Of a stretch of 64,000 nucleotides of DNA, positions 1 to 13,130 are shown piece by piece (the first letter of the stretch is position 1; every line of letters starts with the position of its first letter). The notes beneath the pieces are model-generated. The model did not search any database. It was not told where the DNA came from and saw only the letters and a program-made list of their open reading frames with translations. A program made the translations under genes and the position numbers. Source of the stretch: Eledone cirrhosa (lineage: Eukaryota); NCBI GenBank assembly GCA_964016885.1, contig OZ024744.1:98332001-98396000 (forward strand), read 5' to 3'.

Positions 1-189
1 GTACTAATTCACATATCCTACTTACTATCATATGTATATTTATTTTGATAAAAAAAAAAAAAAAAAGAAAAATAGAAATAACATCCAGCAGTAAAAACCA
101 TGATAAAAAAGAAAAAAAAAAAGGAAGATAGAGAGATGTGAACTCTAGACACAATAAGTACACATCATTCATCTAGAAGATCAGTAACT

Positions 190-800
190 AAATAAACTAT
201 AGAAAGCTTGCCAAATAAAGGGTCGGGAGGACCCTTTCAGGACATGATAACCTCTCTAGTGATGGTGATCTACACAATAAACACATCCAGTACATGATGT
301 AAAGTGGTTGGTGATAGGAAGGGCATCCAGCTGCAGATACTTGCTAAACAAAGGGTTGGGAGGACCCTTCAGTTGTGTCAAGGGCATGACAACCTTCCAA
401 ATGCTGGTGATCTACACAATAAAAGCACCCAGTATATGTAGAGTGGTTGGTGATAGGAAGGGTATCCAGCTGCAAAAGCTTGCTAAACAAAGGGTTGTAT
501 CAATAACATGACACCCTCCCTAGAGTTGGTGATCTACATAATAAAAGCACCAGTATATGTTGTAAAGTGGTTGGTGTTAGGAGGGGCATCCAGTCATAGA
601 AAGCTTGCTAAACAAAGGGTTGGGAGGACCCTTCAGTTGTGGCAAGGGCGTGACAACCTTCCAACTGCTGCTGATCTACACAATAAAGGCACCAAGTATA
701 TGTAGAGAGAGTGGTTGGTGATAGGAAGGGTATCCAGCTGTAGATTGTGGGTCGTGTCAGAGATATGACAACCTCTCTAGTGCTGGTGTCATGATAAAAT
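190..800 (+). repeat. Degenerate tandem array (~100-120 bp units) of an RTE 5'-UTR-like module
   Basis: Recurring 'ctggtgatctacacaataaa..caccagta..gtggttggtgataggaagggcatccagctg', similar to the 5' end of the LINE at 6850-6930. Confidence 0.7.
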
Positions 801-959
801 GGACTCAATAGAACGTGGAACTGTATATAAACAAGATTCGAACCCATCCAGCCTGTCTGTTAGGTCAGTGCTCTCTCTTCAGTACTGACTTGGTCTGTGA
901 AGACCCATCCAGCCCTTGCTAGCAGCGATAGTGGATATTAAATGATGTTGAAGATGAAA

Positions 960-1500
960 GAAGCCTACGAAATTGTCAGAAGCCTGACTAAACATAGTTC
1001 ACCGATTGTTACCTGGATTAAGTATTAGGTAGTAACGAGAACATAATTGCTTGAACAGGGAACTGTTGCTTCTACATCTCAATGTAAAAAGCAGATTGTA
1101 TGAAGTATGTGTAAGAAATGTGAATGTTCTAAGTAGTGATTACATATGAATAAAACTCAGAAGGGGCTACAAGGAGTAACTGGATGAGCATGATGCATTG
1201 AATATATTGTATAAAGCTGCATGAATGAAATGCATAAGTAAGAGAGAAAGTGATTGGTCATAAAAGATTTCAAATGATGTGTTTAGAGGAGGAGTTGTGA
1301 ACTAAATACACTGTACAAACATGTGATGTTAATAGACAATGAGTTCCGTGTGAAAAAAGTGTTTATGGTGAATGACACCCACAGTTGAAGAGGGTCAATT
1401 AGAGGAAATGGAGAAGAAATCATGAGGTTAGAACTTAAGAGGTTGAACTTGAAAAAGTTCATAGGAAATCTGAGATGAATGGTGCTAGAGTGTAGAGCAA
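960..1500 (+). mobile_element. Old, decayed RTE LINE 3' coding fragment
   Basis: Residual similarity to the 'GRLYDACVR..LHGSETW..ERNE' region of the younger copies. Confidence 0.45.
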
Positions 1501-2040
1501 ACCTGAGAACGTGGTTGTTGATATTTGTTCATAAATCAATTATTTCTTCAAAAGAAAATGAAATCCATAGCCAGTGAGAGAAAAACGTTAGTGCAGTCCA
1601 TCAGAAATGCAAATATCCTAATGTCAGCAGTAGATGCATTACCGTGAAGCTCCATTAAAGAACACGAAGGAAAAACACTTAGTTTAGTTTCTACGAGATT
1701 ATGGCTTAATAATTAAATCTTAACATACAGAAGACATTCTTGAAACATACAAAACAGTACAATGACTGCATCACATTAAATATTAACGTTTTTACTATAA
1801 TACTACACATTTTCACAATCTATCTGCTAGTAAAGATACTATAGACATTTGAATTAACAAACCACATTAACTAGTCTTTCTTAAAAAGTACAAAACACTA
1901 TCATCGTATCACATTAAAAATAAGTATTTACTTTTACACTACAAATTCTCAAACCCTCTGTCCACCAGTAAAGATACTATAAACATTTGAATCAACAAAT
2001 ATGTTTTTCGACATTTTCTGCTAAATCATTAAAGGATATT

Positions 2041-3088
2041 AAGAGTTAATTCTCAATAGGAACTGCACGTAGCCTTACGAGAAAGCCTCTACGTGGTAAT
2101 TAGACATGCTAAAAATAATAGCCAATTTCATTTAAATCACACCGTAGTCCTACATATACAAGAAGACCAGGTTGTCATGGTTGGAATGCCTTTGATAATA
2201 AGTCTGCTTAATAAGGGCCAACCTGAAGTTAATTTATAACCTTTAGAAGTAACATACATATGTGCACAAAATATTTTATTTAATCTCAAATCTATTCCCA
2301 AAGATCAGTTGAGTAATTGAATTCGATGAATCAGTTTTTAAGCACGAAAAAAAATATGTAGACACATACATGTTTATGTCAGATGCACACATGTGCAAAC
2401 ATAGCAAACGTACTCAGACACGTGCACTTACACAAATATACGGGTAAAACACGTGCACAAACACCTGTGTGAGTGTGTGATTTGTCTAAGAGAAATGTCT
2501 TTAGCCCAAAGACAGCAATACACATTATGGAACAGCTCTATAATGGAATGCATTTAAGCCAAGGCAATACATATGGGGGACTCCTTCGTCGGTTTGATTC
2601 GGGACAGTTGGGTCTCTGTGGTGGGCTTATCTACCTGTCTATTGGTAAATGTTTGTCAACCATCTGTATGCATGCTTGTGTCTGCCAGTTTCATCATCAT
2701 CGTTTAACGTCCATCTTCCACGCTTGCATGGGTTTGGACGGGAGTTTTCTCACTTGAGGCAAGATTGGTTGAGTTTGTGTTTATAAAATATGCTTACGTA
2801 TGAACACTAACAGAAATTTAAAACTGTTGGTGTATAGAGATAGTAACAAACCTTTTCTGGTTCCTGTCCAGATATTCTTAAAAGAAATGACTTTTGGCAA
2901 CACTCTCATCAAATCACTCAAATTAAAAGCAAATTACACACACAGACACATTATACAATCTTCTTCCATTTTCGAGACGTTTGTTAGGGTGATTTACGTG
3001 AAATTGGCTATTATTTTTAGCAAGCCGTATTACCACGTAACAGCTTTCTCGTAATGCTACATGCAGTTCCTATTAAGAATTAACTCTT
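2041..3088. repeat. ~100-bp imperfect inverted repeats (2041-2142 / 2988-3088)
   Basis: 'aagagttaattctcaataggaactgcacgtagccttacgagaaagc..' mirrored by '..gctttctcgtaatgctacatgcagttcctattaagaattaactctt'. Confidence 0.75.
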
Positions 3089-3462
3089 TTAACACACACA
3101 CGTACAGTTAGGCATAATTCACACAGTCGCATATGAACTTAAAAAACAAATCCAGATCAATTAAAAACACACACAGAAACACTATACATATTGGACAGAG
3201 AGAAACAAAGACACTAATTGAATCAACCGTATATATATATAACTTGTAGACACATAAGCTAACATAAATAGACACTAAACACGAAAGCACTCGAAAACAT
3301 AAGAATGTTCAACGCTGATCGACGCCATAGAAAATAAATGACTATAGTCTAGATTTTTTGGTAATATTCTCTACATTTCTGTACAATCAATTTCATATGT
3401 CACTACGGTTTTAGTTAAATAATTTATCCTTTGAACGACAAAAAAAAAAAAAAAAATATTAC

Positions 3463-4908
3463 TTGCGCTGGAATGAAAATGTCCCAATGACAAAATGCAG
3501 CAAAAATATCTAAGGCGAACAAGTGAAATGTCATCTGTTTTCTGTCATTTGATCTAACTATACTTGTTTCTGACTCTAAAATAATAAAATAAAATGTACT
3601 ATGATAGATTTAATTTTTGTTTTGTTTAGCAAAGATAGTTTAAGAAAAACCGATTTACTAAATTCTGTAATTACATATTTCTTACCTTGCAAGAGGTAAT
3701 AAATACATTTTTTTTCTCTCAAAAATACCTTAATTGAAAATTTTGAACAAAAAAAAAAAAAAAATTTCGCAATCATTCCTACCAAAATTATACATCAATT
3801 TTTTTTCCTTTCTACCTCTTCCATGATTTTGAAGACCTAATAAAATTCTAAATGGTTTGCCACCCTCAGTTTTATTTCTCATCTTGTTTCAGATTTACGC
3901 ACTTATCATACACGAAGACATTTAATACAATCAAAATTAATATCAATATATCATAGTTAAGTTAGTGTAAATTTATTTAATGCAGAGATTTCAAAAATTC
4001 TAACTAGAAATAATTATGCAAGCGGTAATGATAAAATCACTGGCTATATGCTGGATCACTAAATTTCTAGATACATCTCACTCAAAATTTTATCAGGAAG
4101 AACCAGCTGTAAGCTTTCGTCAGCGTAGCAAGGTATACTTCTAAGGAAAGTAAGTAGCCAACTTGATTAGCCAGAATATACTCTGACCTTCATCAGAATA
4201 AAGCGGCTTTCAGGGAAATTATACACATATGGGATATTTGCGGTAATATATTCATTAACTTCTAGCAAGAGAAATTATTCATTCATTCATTCATTCGGCG
4301 TTAAGAAACACGTACACCATGAATATATTAAGAATGAGTATTTCTTTTTTTTTTTTTTTTTATTAACTAATTAAAATATAACAACTGAAAGAAAATAAAT
4401 TAAAAAAATTAGAAATTTTATTGCAGTAACATTTGATACGGTTAAAAAGCGAATTGTGTAGTAAATTCTATAGGAATATTGTATGGGTGTGAATAAGACA
4501 AGGAATCATGGTGGTTGAAGTATATAACGATATAATGCAGTCTGTTAATTTTATTTCAGCTGAATTGCAATTAATACACTGCATCATTACAGAATTATCA
4601 TTTTATAAAAACCTAACAATTATTTCCTGACCATTAAACATAACCCCCTCATACACTTACGCAGTTTTTCCATAATGTTCCGAGAAAGCGGTTCCCACGC
4701 ATAGAATAAATCTTTTCCTAACATTTTTGTTCTTGATAAAAATAGGTATTTTGTTAAATATATTGGTGAACTAGCTTTGTCTATTTTTCTAAGACTGGCA
4801 GAAAAATCGATCAAAATTATAATTCTGCTCCAATGATACATCGTTGTTGCTAATGCTTTTTGATGATTTCTTTTGAATGAAACGGTTCTAGTCCTGTAGA
4901 AGCCATTT
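3463..4908 (-). other. Candidate host exons (4661-4908, 4082-4261, 3463-3575), product unknown
   Basis: AG/GT-bounded segments with compatible phases; the first is an open 82-codon frame ending C|GTAAGT; the middle one has one in-frame TAA; no recognisable domain. Confidence 0.25.
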
Positions 4909-6325
4909 CTATATTAAACACGATGTTTAGATTCTTCTAATGCATTGAGTACCTTACTATAGTTACCCCCCGCATGGAAAATGGACGTTAAACGGTGATG
5001 ATGATATATATGCATTTGCAACAAATTAGGAAGACAAAAAAAAAGAAAAGAAACCCTGTCAGAACTCGAACCCGTATTTACCACATTTCGGAGCAATGGG
5101 AGAGCTGGATCTTTTTCTGTCCCAAGTCAGTGCTTGTATTAATGTCATAGATATTTTATATTAAAAGACCGTTTCACTGCAGAATGCAACAACACAAATA
5201 AACCTACTATATCACTTTAGTGTTTTCTTTACAATATAGAGAGGAAATCAAAATTAGAATCAGTGGTTTTGATTGTATTTTTCTTTTTTATATGATCATT
5301 AATGAAAGTAAAGAATCGATAGAAAACAATTTGATTAATTAAAAAATGAAAATATAATGACTGGAGAATAATTCAATATTTTGACAGAGCAGATGGATGG
5401 GCAAAGAGAATCTGAAATATATATGTTTACTGGGTACTTGTAGTCACAAGATATTATCATCGGGAGGGTGGGTTCACACAGAATTCTATACAACTGTCTT
5501 AATGAAAATGTCGGAAAGAAAAAAATTTGTGTGGTATACAATTATTGAAGATTAGTTTGTTATAATTTCATAATCTAGTGGGAAATTTAAAAGGGAAAAC
5601 CGATTAGGCTAGCACTTATAAAGAACACACACAAACATTTTTTTAGATTTATGAAATAACCTTGGTAACAATGATTTACTTATGAGAAGGGAAAAAAATA
5701 CTTATAGAGATTGTAGCAGATATTAATTGATATTATCTTAATGCATTGTTGCATGTCTGCTACTTACTTTATAGGCCTCGAACAAATAGAAAGACCAAGT
5801 TAATCCCGGCTGAATTTGAACTCAAAACGTAAATCGACATTTTAGTCAAGTGCTCTAGTTTCTACGAATCCGGCGAAGAAAACCAGATTTTCTAGTGCTA
5901 TCATTAATTAAATAGTATTATAGTAAATTATTGAGACATAAACAATATTACAGAGAAAACAAAATAACCACAGCAGCAGCAACAACAACAACAAAAAATA
6001 ATGTAATGTAAATGTAATATAAATTAATATGCCGATGCCGGCAAGATAATTAATATAAAGATGTAGTAAAAAGTAGCACTTGTAAATACGACTTCAATGG
6101 AACGATACAGCATTGGAAAAGAAAAACGTGATTATAATAAAGTAATTATTAATCGTTAAAGGCTTGAAATTAATTGTAAAGTTAAAAGTAAAATTTACCA
6201 TGAACGCATCTCAGACGGAGCTATAAGTGGCAATTTCAGCATGGTATTTAATATATATTTCTTGTATACTCTAAACTACTGACAACTCTCTCTAAACGAA
6301 TATCCCAGTCGTCAGTCTGATTGTG

Positions 6326-6435
6326 CACGTGACGTCATATGTTAATCATGTGACAGTGAGTAAAGAGAAGAGTGACGGAACGCATACTACTAAATGACTT
6401 ACTTGGCCAGATGACGAGCCCACTAGGTGGTCGCT
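6326..6435. promoter_or_regulatory. Overlapping E-box/CRE (CACGTGACGTCA) plus a CTCF-like motif
   Basis: CACGTG 6326-6331, TGACGTCA 6330-6337, CCACTAGGTGG at ~6420-6430; motif match only. Confidence 0.3.
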
Positions 6436-6849
6436 AACAAGTGCTAGAAATAACAACGTAGCAACCTAACCTAATCTTTCCCCACACCCCTTCTTCGAAT
6501 CTCACCCATAACTCACCATAACCTTCTGAAAATAAGAAGAACATATTAAATAAAGTATTATTCCGGGCTACGGTATATATAGAAACAGAAAAAAGAAAAA
6601 GAAATGAGATGGTCACGGCAGAAACGCCTTCTTGATCATAAAACCGACATAGGGATGAGAGAAGGTGGACTGGGGGAAACAATAATTAATTTCTTGGTTC
6701 GTATTCCTAATACCCTGTTCTGTGGTAGTATATTTTAAAACTATGATTTGTTTTTCTCATCAATGTAGCTTGACACACCTATTCATATATATATGTGTGT
6801 GTGTATATATAAATATAATATATGTATATATATATATGTATATATAAGA

Positions 6850-9800
6850 CATCCTCTCTAGTGCTGGTGGCACAAATAAAAGCACCCATGCTGTAAAGTG
6901 GCGCTGGTGTTAGGAAGGGCATCCAACCAGTGTATCAAGGCCAAAACGATTATAAGCACAGCAACAAGTATATAGGAACAACAACAAAATATGAAGACGT
7001 CGCATCTCAGAGTTGCAACACTTAATGTTGGCACTCTCTGAGGTAGATCTGCTGAAATAGCGGAGATGCTAGAGAGAAGGCATGTGGATGTGTGCTGCGT
7101 GCAAGAGGTGAGATGGAGAGGTGCCTCTGCGAGACTAGTCGTAGGCAAGCGTCTTAGCTATAAACTATTCTGGGTAGGTAAGGATGATGGGTTAGGGGGA
7201 GTAGGCATTTTCCTGGCTGAGAGATGGATCAGTAAGACAATAGAGGTAGTTTGAGTTAGTAATCGAATAATTAAGCTTAGGTTAGTTGTAGGCAGGAGAC
7301 TACTGACAATCATCTCTGCCTATGCTCCTCAAGCAGGCCTAGGCAAAGAAGAGAAAGACTGCTTTTACAAGCAACTTTTACAATGACAGAGGACGGAGAC
7401 ATCGTTATGCTAACAGGGGACTTCAATGGTCATGTTGGACAACTCCAGGATGGTTACACTGAGGTACATGGTGGGCACGGTTACGGCTCAAGTTATGAAG
7501 AAGGAGTGAGGCTTCTTGAATTTTGGAAGAGCACTAACCATTTGCAACACTAACTTCAAGAAGCCTACCTTCAATGAAGAAGGAGTGAGATTTCTTGAAT
7601 TTTGTGATGCAAGTTCACTGACTATTTGCAACACTAACTTCCAGAAACCTGCCAACCACCTAATAACCTACAAATCAGGCGAGCACATACGCCAGACTGA
7701 CTTCTTACTAGTTAGGCAGCGGGACAGGCAGATGGTGTCTAATACCAAGGCATACCCTGGGGAAGAATGTACCCCACAGCATAGGTTAGTCGTTAGTGAT
7801 ATCTCAGTAAGCAAGAAATGGAATGAGACATACAGGAAGGTGTGGAGAAGAAAGGTCTGGAAGCTAAAAGACCTTTCACTAAAATACAAATTTAGGAAAG
7901 CCCTTCAAGATGTGTATGACGAAAAAGAAGACGATTTAGAGACATATGACAGATAATAACTGGAATTTCTTACGTGACAACTTACTGCAGGCTACTGATG
8001 AAACCAGACAGAGAGTGACCTGGTGGTGGAACAGCACAGTAGATAGGGCCATTAGAGACAAAAGACTAGCATGAAAGGCTTGGGAAAAAGGTGGGAGTAG
8101 AGAAGGATATACAGCCACTAAGAGAGAAGCTAGATATCCGGTGTACTTAGCACGCAGGGAGGCTGAGAGTAGGAGGTTTGCCAATGTTCTGTGACGGGAA
8201 GATCAGAGGCGTGCGGTGTTCCACATTGCAAGGCAGTGTGTCAGTGCAAATCAGGATGTTGTTGTAGATAAATGTATCCGGAATAATGCCGGTGTACTTA
8301 GTGTCACGAATGATCAGAAAAAGGAGGCCTGGAAATGTCATTATGAGAGACTGATGAATGTGGAGAACGAATGGGAGAGAGAGAAATTACCCTCAGTTGA
8401 TCCGACAGAGGGACCAGCTATTGAGATTAACGAATATAGGGTCCAAGAGGCGATTAAGGAAATGAAAAATGGTAAGGCTGCTGGACCGTCGGCGATAGTT
8501 GCTGAGATGCTGAAGGCATCAGGGGACGTAGGCACTAAGCTGGTTGCACGCATCATCAATCAGGCTATATATGGTGGTGTCATATCCAAAGACTGGTGCA
8601 GCAGTATTCTCATAAATTGCTACAAAGGTAAAGGGGATGCTCTGGAGAGGAGCCATTATAGGGGTATAAAACTGATAGATCAGGTTATGAAAGTGGCAGA
8701 AAGGATATTAGCACAACTAATTAGAGAAAGGGTCAAACTAGATGAGATGCAGTTTGGTTTTGTGCCTGGGAAAAGTAGAACAGATGCCCTCTTCTTGGTG
8801 AGACAATTGCAAGAGAAGAATAAGCCACTATACTTAGCCTTTGTTGACCTAGAGAAGGCTTTTGATAGGGTACCCCGATCTTATGGTCCCTAAGGAAACT
8901 AGGTGTTGAGGAATGGCTTGTGAGGACAGTGCAAACTTTGTACAGAGGTGCTGTCAGTAAAGTCAGGGTAGGAATGGAGTTTAGTGAGGAATTCCAGATA
9001 CAAGTAGGAGTACATCAAGGTTCCGTCCTCAGCCCGCTCTTGTTCATTATAGTCCTCCAAGCCATAACAGAGGAGTTTAAGACTGGCTGTCCATGGGAAC
9101 TTCTCTATGCTGACAATCTGGTTCTTTTAGCAGAATCAGTAGAGGAGCTAGAGAATAAATTCTGGCTATGGAAACAGCAGTTGAAAGCAAGAGGACTGAG
9201 AGTGAACCTAACCTTAGTTGATGAGTAGAAAAGAGGACAAAACTCTGATTCCGTCAGGGAAATGGCCATGTTCGATATGCAGAAAAGGAACTGACATAAA
9301 TGCTATAAAATGCACACAATGCAGATCCTGGGTACACAAGAGATGTAGCGGGATAGCAGGCAAACTAACAGGTAGGGAGAAATACGTATGCAGTAGATGT
9401 ACAGGGAAATTAGACAGTAGAAGTCGCATTGATAGACACATTTTTCAAATGCAGGCGGGTCCTATAGAATTGGTGGGTAGCTTCCGGTACCTAGGAGATC
9501 AGATTAGCATGGGGGGGGGGGGTCCGAGGCCATAGTATCTAGAATAAGAACAGGTTGGAAGAAGTTTAGGGAGCTGCTTCCTCTGCTGACAAAGAAGGGT
9601 TCCTCCCTGTGTACGAAAGGCCGGTTATATGATGCCTGTGTGAGGAGCGTGATGCTGCATGGTAGTGAGACATGGGCAGCAACTGCAGAGGATATGCGAC
9701 GGCTGGAGAGAAATGAGGCAAGCATGCTCCATTGGATGTGCAATGTCAATGTGCGTGAACGACCCAGCATGAATGTGTTGAGAGAGAAACTGTGTCTGAG

Positions 9801-10085
9801 AGGGATAGATTGTAGTGTGCAAGAGAGGAGACTGCGATGGTATGGAGATGTGATGCGCATGGAGGATGACCGATGGGTGAAGAAGTGCCAGGAAATGCCA
9901 GTTGAAGGAAGACGTGGTAGAGGTAGACCACGGAAAACACGGGCGGAGGTGGTGAGAACAGACCTCACGGTGGAGATGACAAAGGACCGTGACAAATGCA
10001 GAGATGCTGTGCTGAATAAGATCCGTCCCACCCTTGCAAGCAGGGAAAAGCGGACGTAAAATGATGATGATGATGATGATGGTGA
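6850..10085 (+). mobile_element. Near full-length, decayed RTE-clade LINE (subfamily A): APE + RT + PHD-like finger, (GAT)n tail
   Basis: MKTSHLRVATLNVGTL at ~6991, VCCVQEVRW, GDFNGHVG, FVDLEKAFDRVP, QGSVLSP, YADN, GRGRPRKT; many stops and frameshifts. Confidence 0.93.
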
Positions 10086-10113
10086 TATATATATATATAT
10101 ATATATGTATGTA

Positions 10114-11418
10114 CAAGGTGTGTCAGAAAAGTTCCAGGACTGATGTCACAAAGGATTTATTTCAAACCTAAACTTCACACTAAGAGTTTTCTCCTTCAAA
10201 GTAATCCCCCTGGAGTATGTAACTGTAATCTTAGCTCTCTGCAATGATCAAACTTTTTTCTTCATAATTTTATATACATGTCCTCTGTTACAGGTCGTCA
10301 AGCAATGAGCACAGAGCAACGAAAAATTTGAAGTTTCTGGTATGGTTGAGGAAAACTCCATCAGAAGCACTGGGATTGCTGCAGCAAGTGTATGGAGATG
10401 AGACAATGTCACGCTCACCTGTTTTTGAGTGGTGTAAGAGGTTTAAAGAAGGACGCGAGGACGTGGAAGATGACCCCAGGATTGGAAGGCTCTCAACAAC
10501 CAGGACTGAGGTCAACGTTGAGCACATCAGGCAGATGGTGCGTAGCGATCGTCGGCTGACTGTTCGACTGATGGCAAATGAGCTGGGCATGAATCGGGAC
10601 AGCGTCTGGAAGATTCTCACTGAAGATTTGGACATGCGGAAAGTCTGCGCGAAGATGGTGTCAAAACTGCTGAACGATGACCAGAAGGTCGATGCATGCA
10701 AGTGTGCCAGGACATTCTCGAGCGTCTTGAAACCGAACCAGACTTGCTAGGGACAGTCATCACCGGTGATGAGTAATGGATCTTCGAGTACGACCCGGAA
10801 ACCAAACGCCAGAGCCTTCAGTGGAAGAGTCCGTCGTCGCCAAGGCCAAAGAAACCACGACAGTCGAAGTCCAAAGTCAAGGTCATGTTGATCACATTCT
10901 TCAATGTGAGGGGGATCGTCCACTGCGAGTTCTTGCCACAGGGCCAGACAATCAACCAACATGTCTACAAAGAGATACTGCAGCGTTTGCTTCGTTCAGT
11001 GCTTGAGAAGAGGCAAGAGTTGTGGCAGGACAACTCGTGGCTGCTTCACCATGACAACGCACCTGCTCACAATGCCCTGAGCATCCGACAGTTCCTGGCC
11101 GAGAAGAACATCACCGTGCTGGAGCAACCTCCCTACTCCCTGGCTCCGTGTGATATTTTCCTATTCCCCAAGCTCAAGGGGGTCATCAAGGGGACCCGTT
11201 TTGAAGACGTGGACGACATCAAAAAGGCCGTGACGACGGAACTGCAGAGGATCCCAGAAGAATCCTTCCAGGAGTGCATGCAAGCATGGCAGAAAAGGAT
11301 GGAAAAGTGCATGAGACTCCAAGGGGATTACTTTGAAGGAGAAAACTCTTAGTGTGAAGTTTGGGTTTGAAATAAATCTTTTGTGATGTCAGTCCTGGAA
11401 CTTTTCTGACACACCTCG
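10114..11418 (+). mobile_element. Mariner (DD34D) DNA transposon, frameshifted transposase, ~103-bp TIRs, TA TSD
   Basis: ORFs 10328-10750 (HTH) and 10885-11352 (HHDNAPAH..YSLAPCDIFLF), TGDE motif; TIR caaggtgtgtcagaaaagttccaggactga.. at both ends. Confidence 0.95.
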
Positions 11419-11428
11419 TATATATAAT

Positions 11429-11768
11429 GGAGGCACATGGCTTAGTGATTATTAGAGCATTGACCTTGCAATAGAAAGGTTGTGAGTTCAATTCTCAGAC
11501 TGGGTGATGTGTTGTTTCCTTGAGCAAGACACTTTATTTCACATTGCCCCAGTTTACTCAGCTGTAGAAATGAGATGATAGGAACTGGGGTCCCTATCAT
11601 TCCACTGCAAAGTGGTCGTGGAGGTGCCATGGCAAAAAAGCACCCAGCACTCACTGTAAATGAGGTTGGTGTTAGGAAGGGCATCCAGCTGTAGAAATCA
11701 AGCCAGAATCAGTTCCCGTCCCACCCTTGCAAGCAAGGAAAAGCGGACGTAAAATGATGATGATGATA
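11429..11768 (+). mobile_element. tRNA-derived CORE-type SINE with RTE-derived tail
   Basis: A box tggcttagtg, B box gagttcaattc, CORE-like 'tccttgagcaagacactttatttcacattgccccagtttactcagctgtagaaatg'; tail matches LINE-A 3' end; (GAT)n. Confidence 0.85.
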
Positions 11769-11805
11769 AATAGAATTAGTTCCACAACAGTTAGTTTACT
11801 ATTAC

Positions 11806-11896
11806 CGAGAACAATTGTTTCACCTTTTCGGATCATCAACTCAGTTTAAAAAGTACCGATCTGATGAACCGAATAAGATGAAACAATTGTTCTTAG
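11806..11896. ncRNA. Pair of degenerate minimal hammerhead motifs in inverted orientation
   Basis: + strand CTGATGA(11861)..GAAAC-AATT-GTT; - strand ctgag-TTGATGA-tccgaaaaggt-GAAAC-AATT-GTT-ctcgg. Confidence 0.5.
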
Positions 11897-11934
11897 TAAT
11901 GGTAAACTAACTGTTGTGGAACTACTTCTATTTA

Positions 11935-12138
11935 TCATCATCATCATCATCATTTTACGTCCGCTTTTCCCTGCTTGCAAGGGTGGAACGGGAACTGATT
12001 CTGGCTTGATTTCTACAGCTAGATGCCCTTCCTAACACCAACCTCATTTACAGTGTGGGCTGGGTGCTTTTTTTGCTGTGGCACCTCCACGACCACTTTA
12101 CAGTGGAATGATAGGGACCCCAGTCCCTATCATCTCAT
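11935..12138 (-). mobile_element. 3' half of the CORE-type SINE, inverted
   Basis: Reverse complement of 11570-11768. Confidence 0.85.
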
Positions 12139-12189
12139 GTGCCTCATATATATGTGCCTAAATATATATATATATATAAATAGAAGTTT

Positions 12190-12532
12190 GGAGGCACATG
12201 GCTTAGTGGTTAGAGCATTGGCCTTCCAATCGAAAGGTTGTGAGTTCAATTCTCAGACCGGGTGATGTGTTGTTTCCTTGAGCAAGACACTTTATTTCAC
12301 ATTGCTCCAGTTTACTCAGCTGTCGAGTTGAGATGATAGGGACTGGGGTCCATATAATTCCACTGCAAAGTGGTCGTGGAGGTGCCACGGCAAAAAAAGC
12401 ACCCAGCACTCACTGTAAATGAGGTTGGTGTTAGGAAGGGCATCCAGCTGTAGAAATCAAGCCAGAATCAGTTCCCATCTCACCCCTGCAAGCAGGGAAA
12501 AAGCGGACGTAAAATGAAATGATGATGATGAT
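12190..12532 (+). mobile_element. Full CORE-type SINE copy
   Basis: Highly similar to 11429-11768. Confidence 0.88.
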
Positions 12533-12734
12533 ATGTTCGTCTGGGTACATTTGATATGCTAATATTAATACCCACACGTAATCATTTATCTTTACTCATT
12601 AACATGTATGTAGTCTGAGTAATGGATTTGTACTTCTAATAATATAAACATGATTATATCATTGAGTGAGTAAAAGATGGCCAAAGTTATCTCGATTCTG
12701 TTCAACAAGTTTCATAAGCATCATTTAACATCTA

Positions 12735-13130
12735 TCTTCATCATCATCATCTAACGTCTATCTTCCATGCTATCATGGGTTAGATGGGAGTTGTCCCACT
12801 TGAGGTAAGTTTGGTTGGGTGACTGTGTCTCGCTCATATAGGACTCTTTCTGGCTGGTTTTCTATGGCTGGATGCCCTTCCTAACGCCAACCACATTTAC
12901 AGTGTGGACTGGATGCTTTTTGTTGTGACGCCTACACGACCACTTTACAGTATGGACTGGGTGCTTTTTGTCGTGACACCTACACGACCACTTTACAGTG
13001 TGGACTGGGTGCTTTTTGTCGTGACGCCGACACGACCACTTTACAGTGTGGACTGGGTGCTTTTTGTCATGACACCTACATGACCACTTTACGGTTTGGG
13101 CTGGGTGTTTTGTGATACCAACATAACTTT
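12735..13130 (-). repeat. RTE 3'-UTR remnant with ~43-bp minisatellite
   Basis: Repeats of 'gaccactttacagtgtggactgggtgctttttgtcgtgacacctacac'. Confidence 0.75.

Noticed and set aside
4110-4200. CTGATGA/CTGACGA on the - strand
   Set aside because: No GAAA or closing stems
11429-11510. SINE heads as tRNA genes
   Set aside because: A/B boxes present but no cloverleaf; they continue into SINE body and tail
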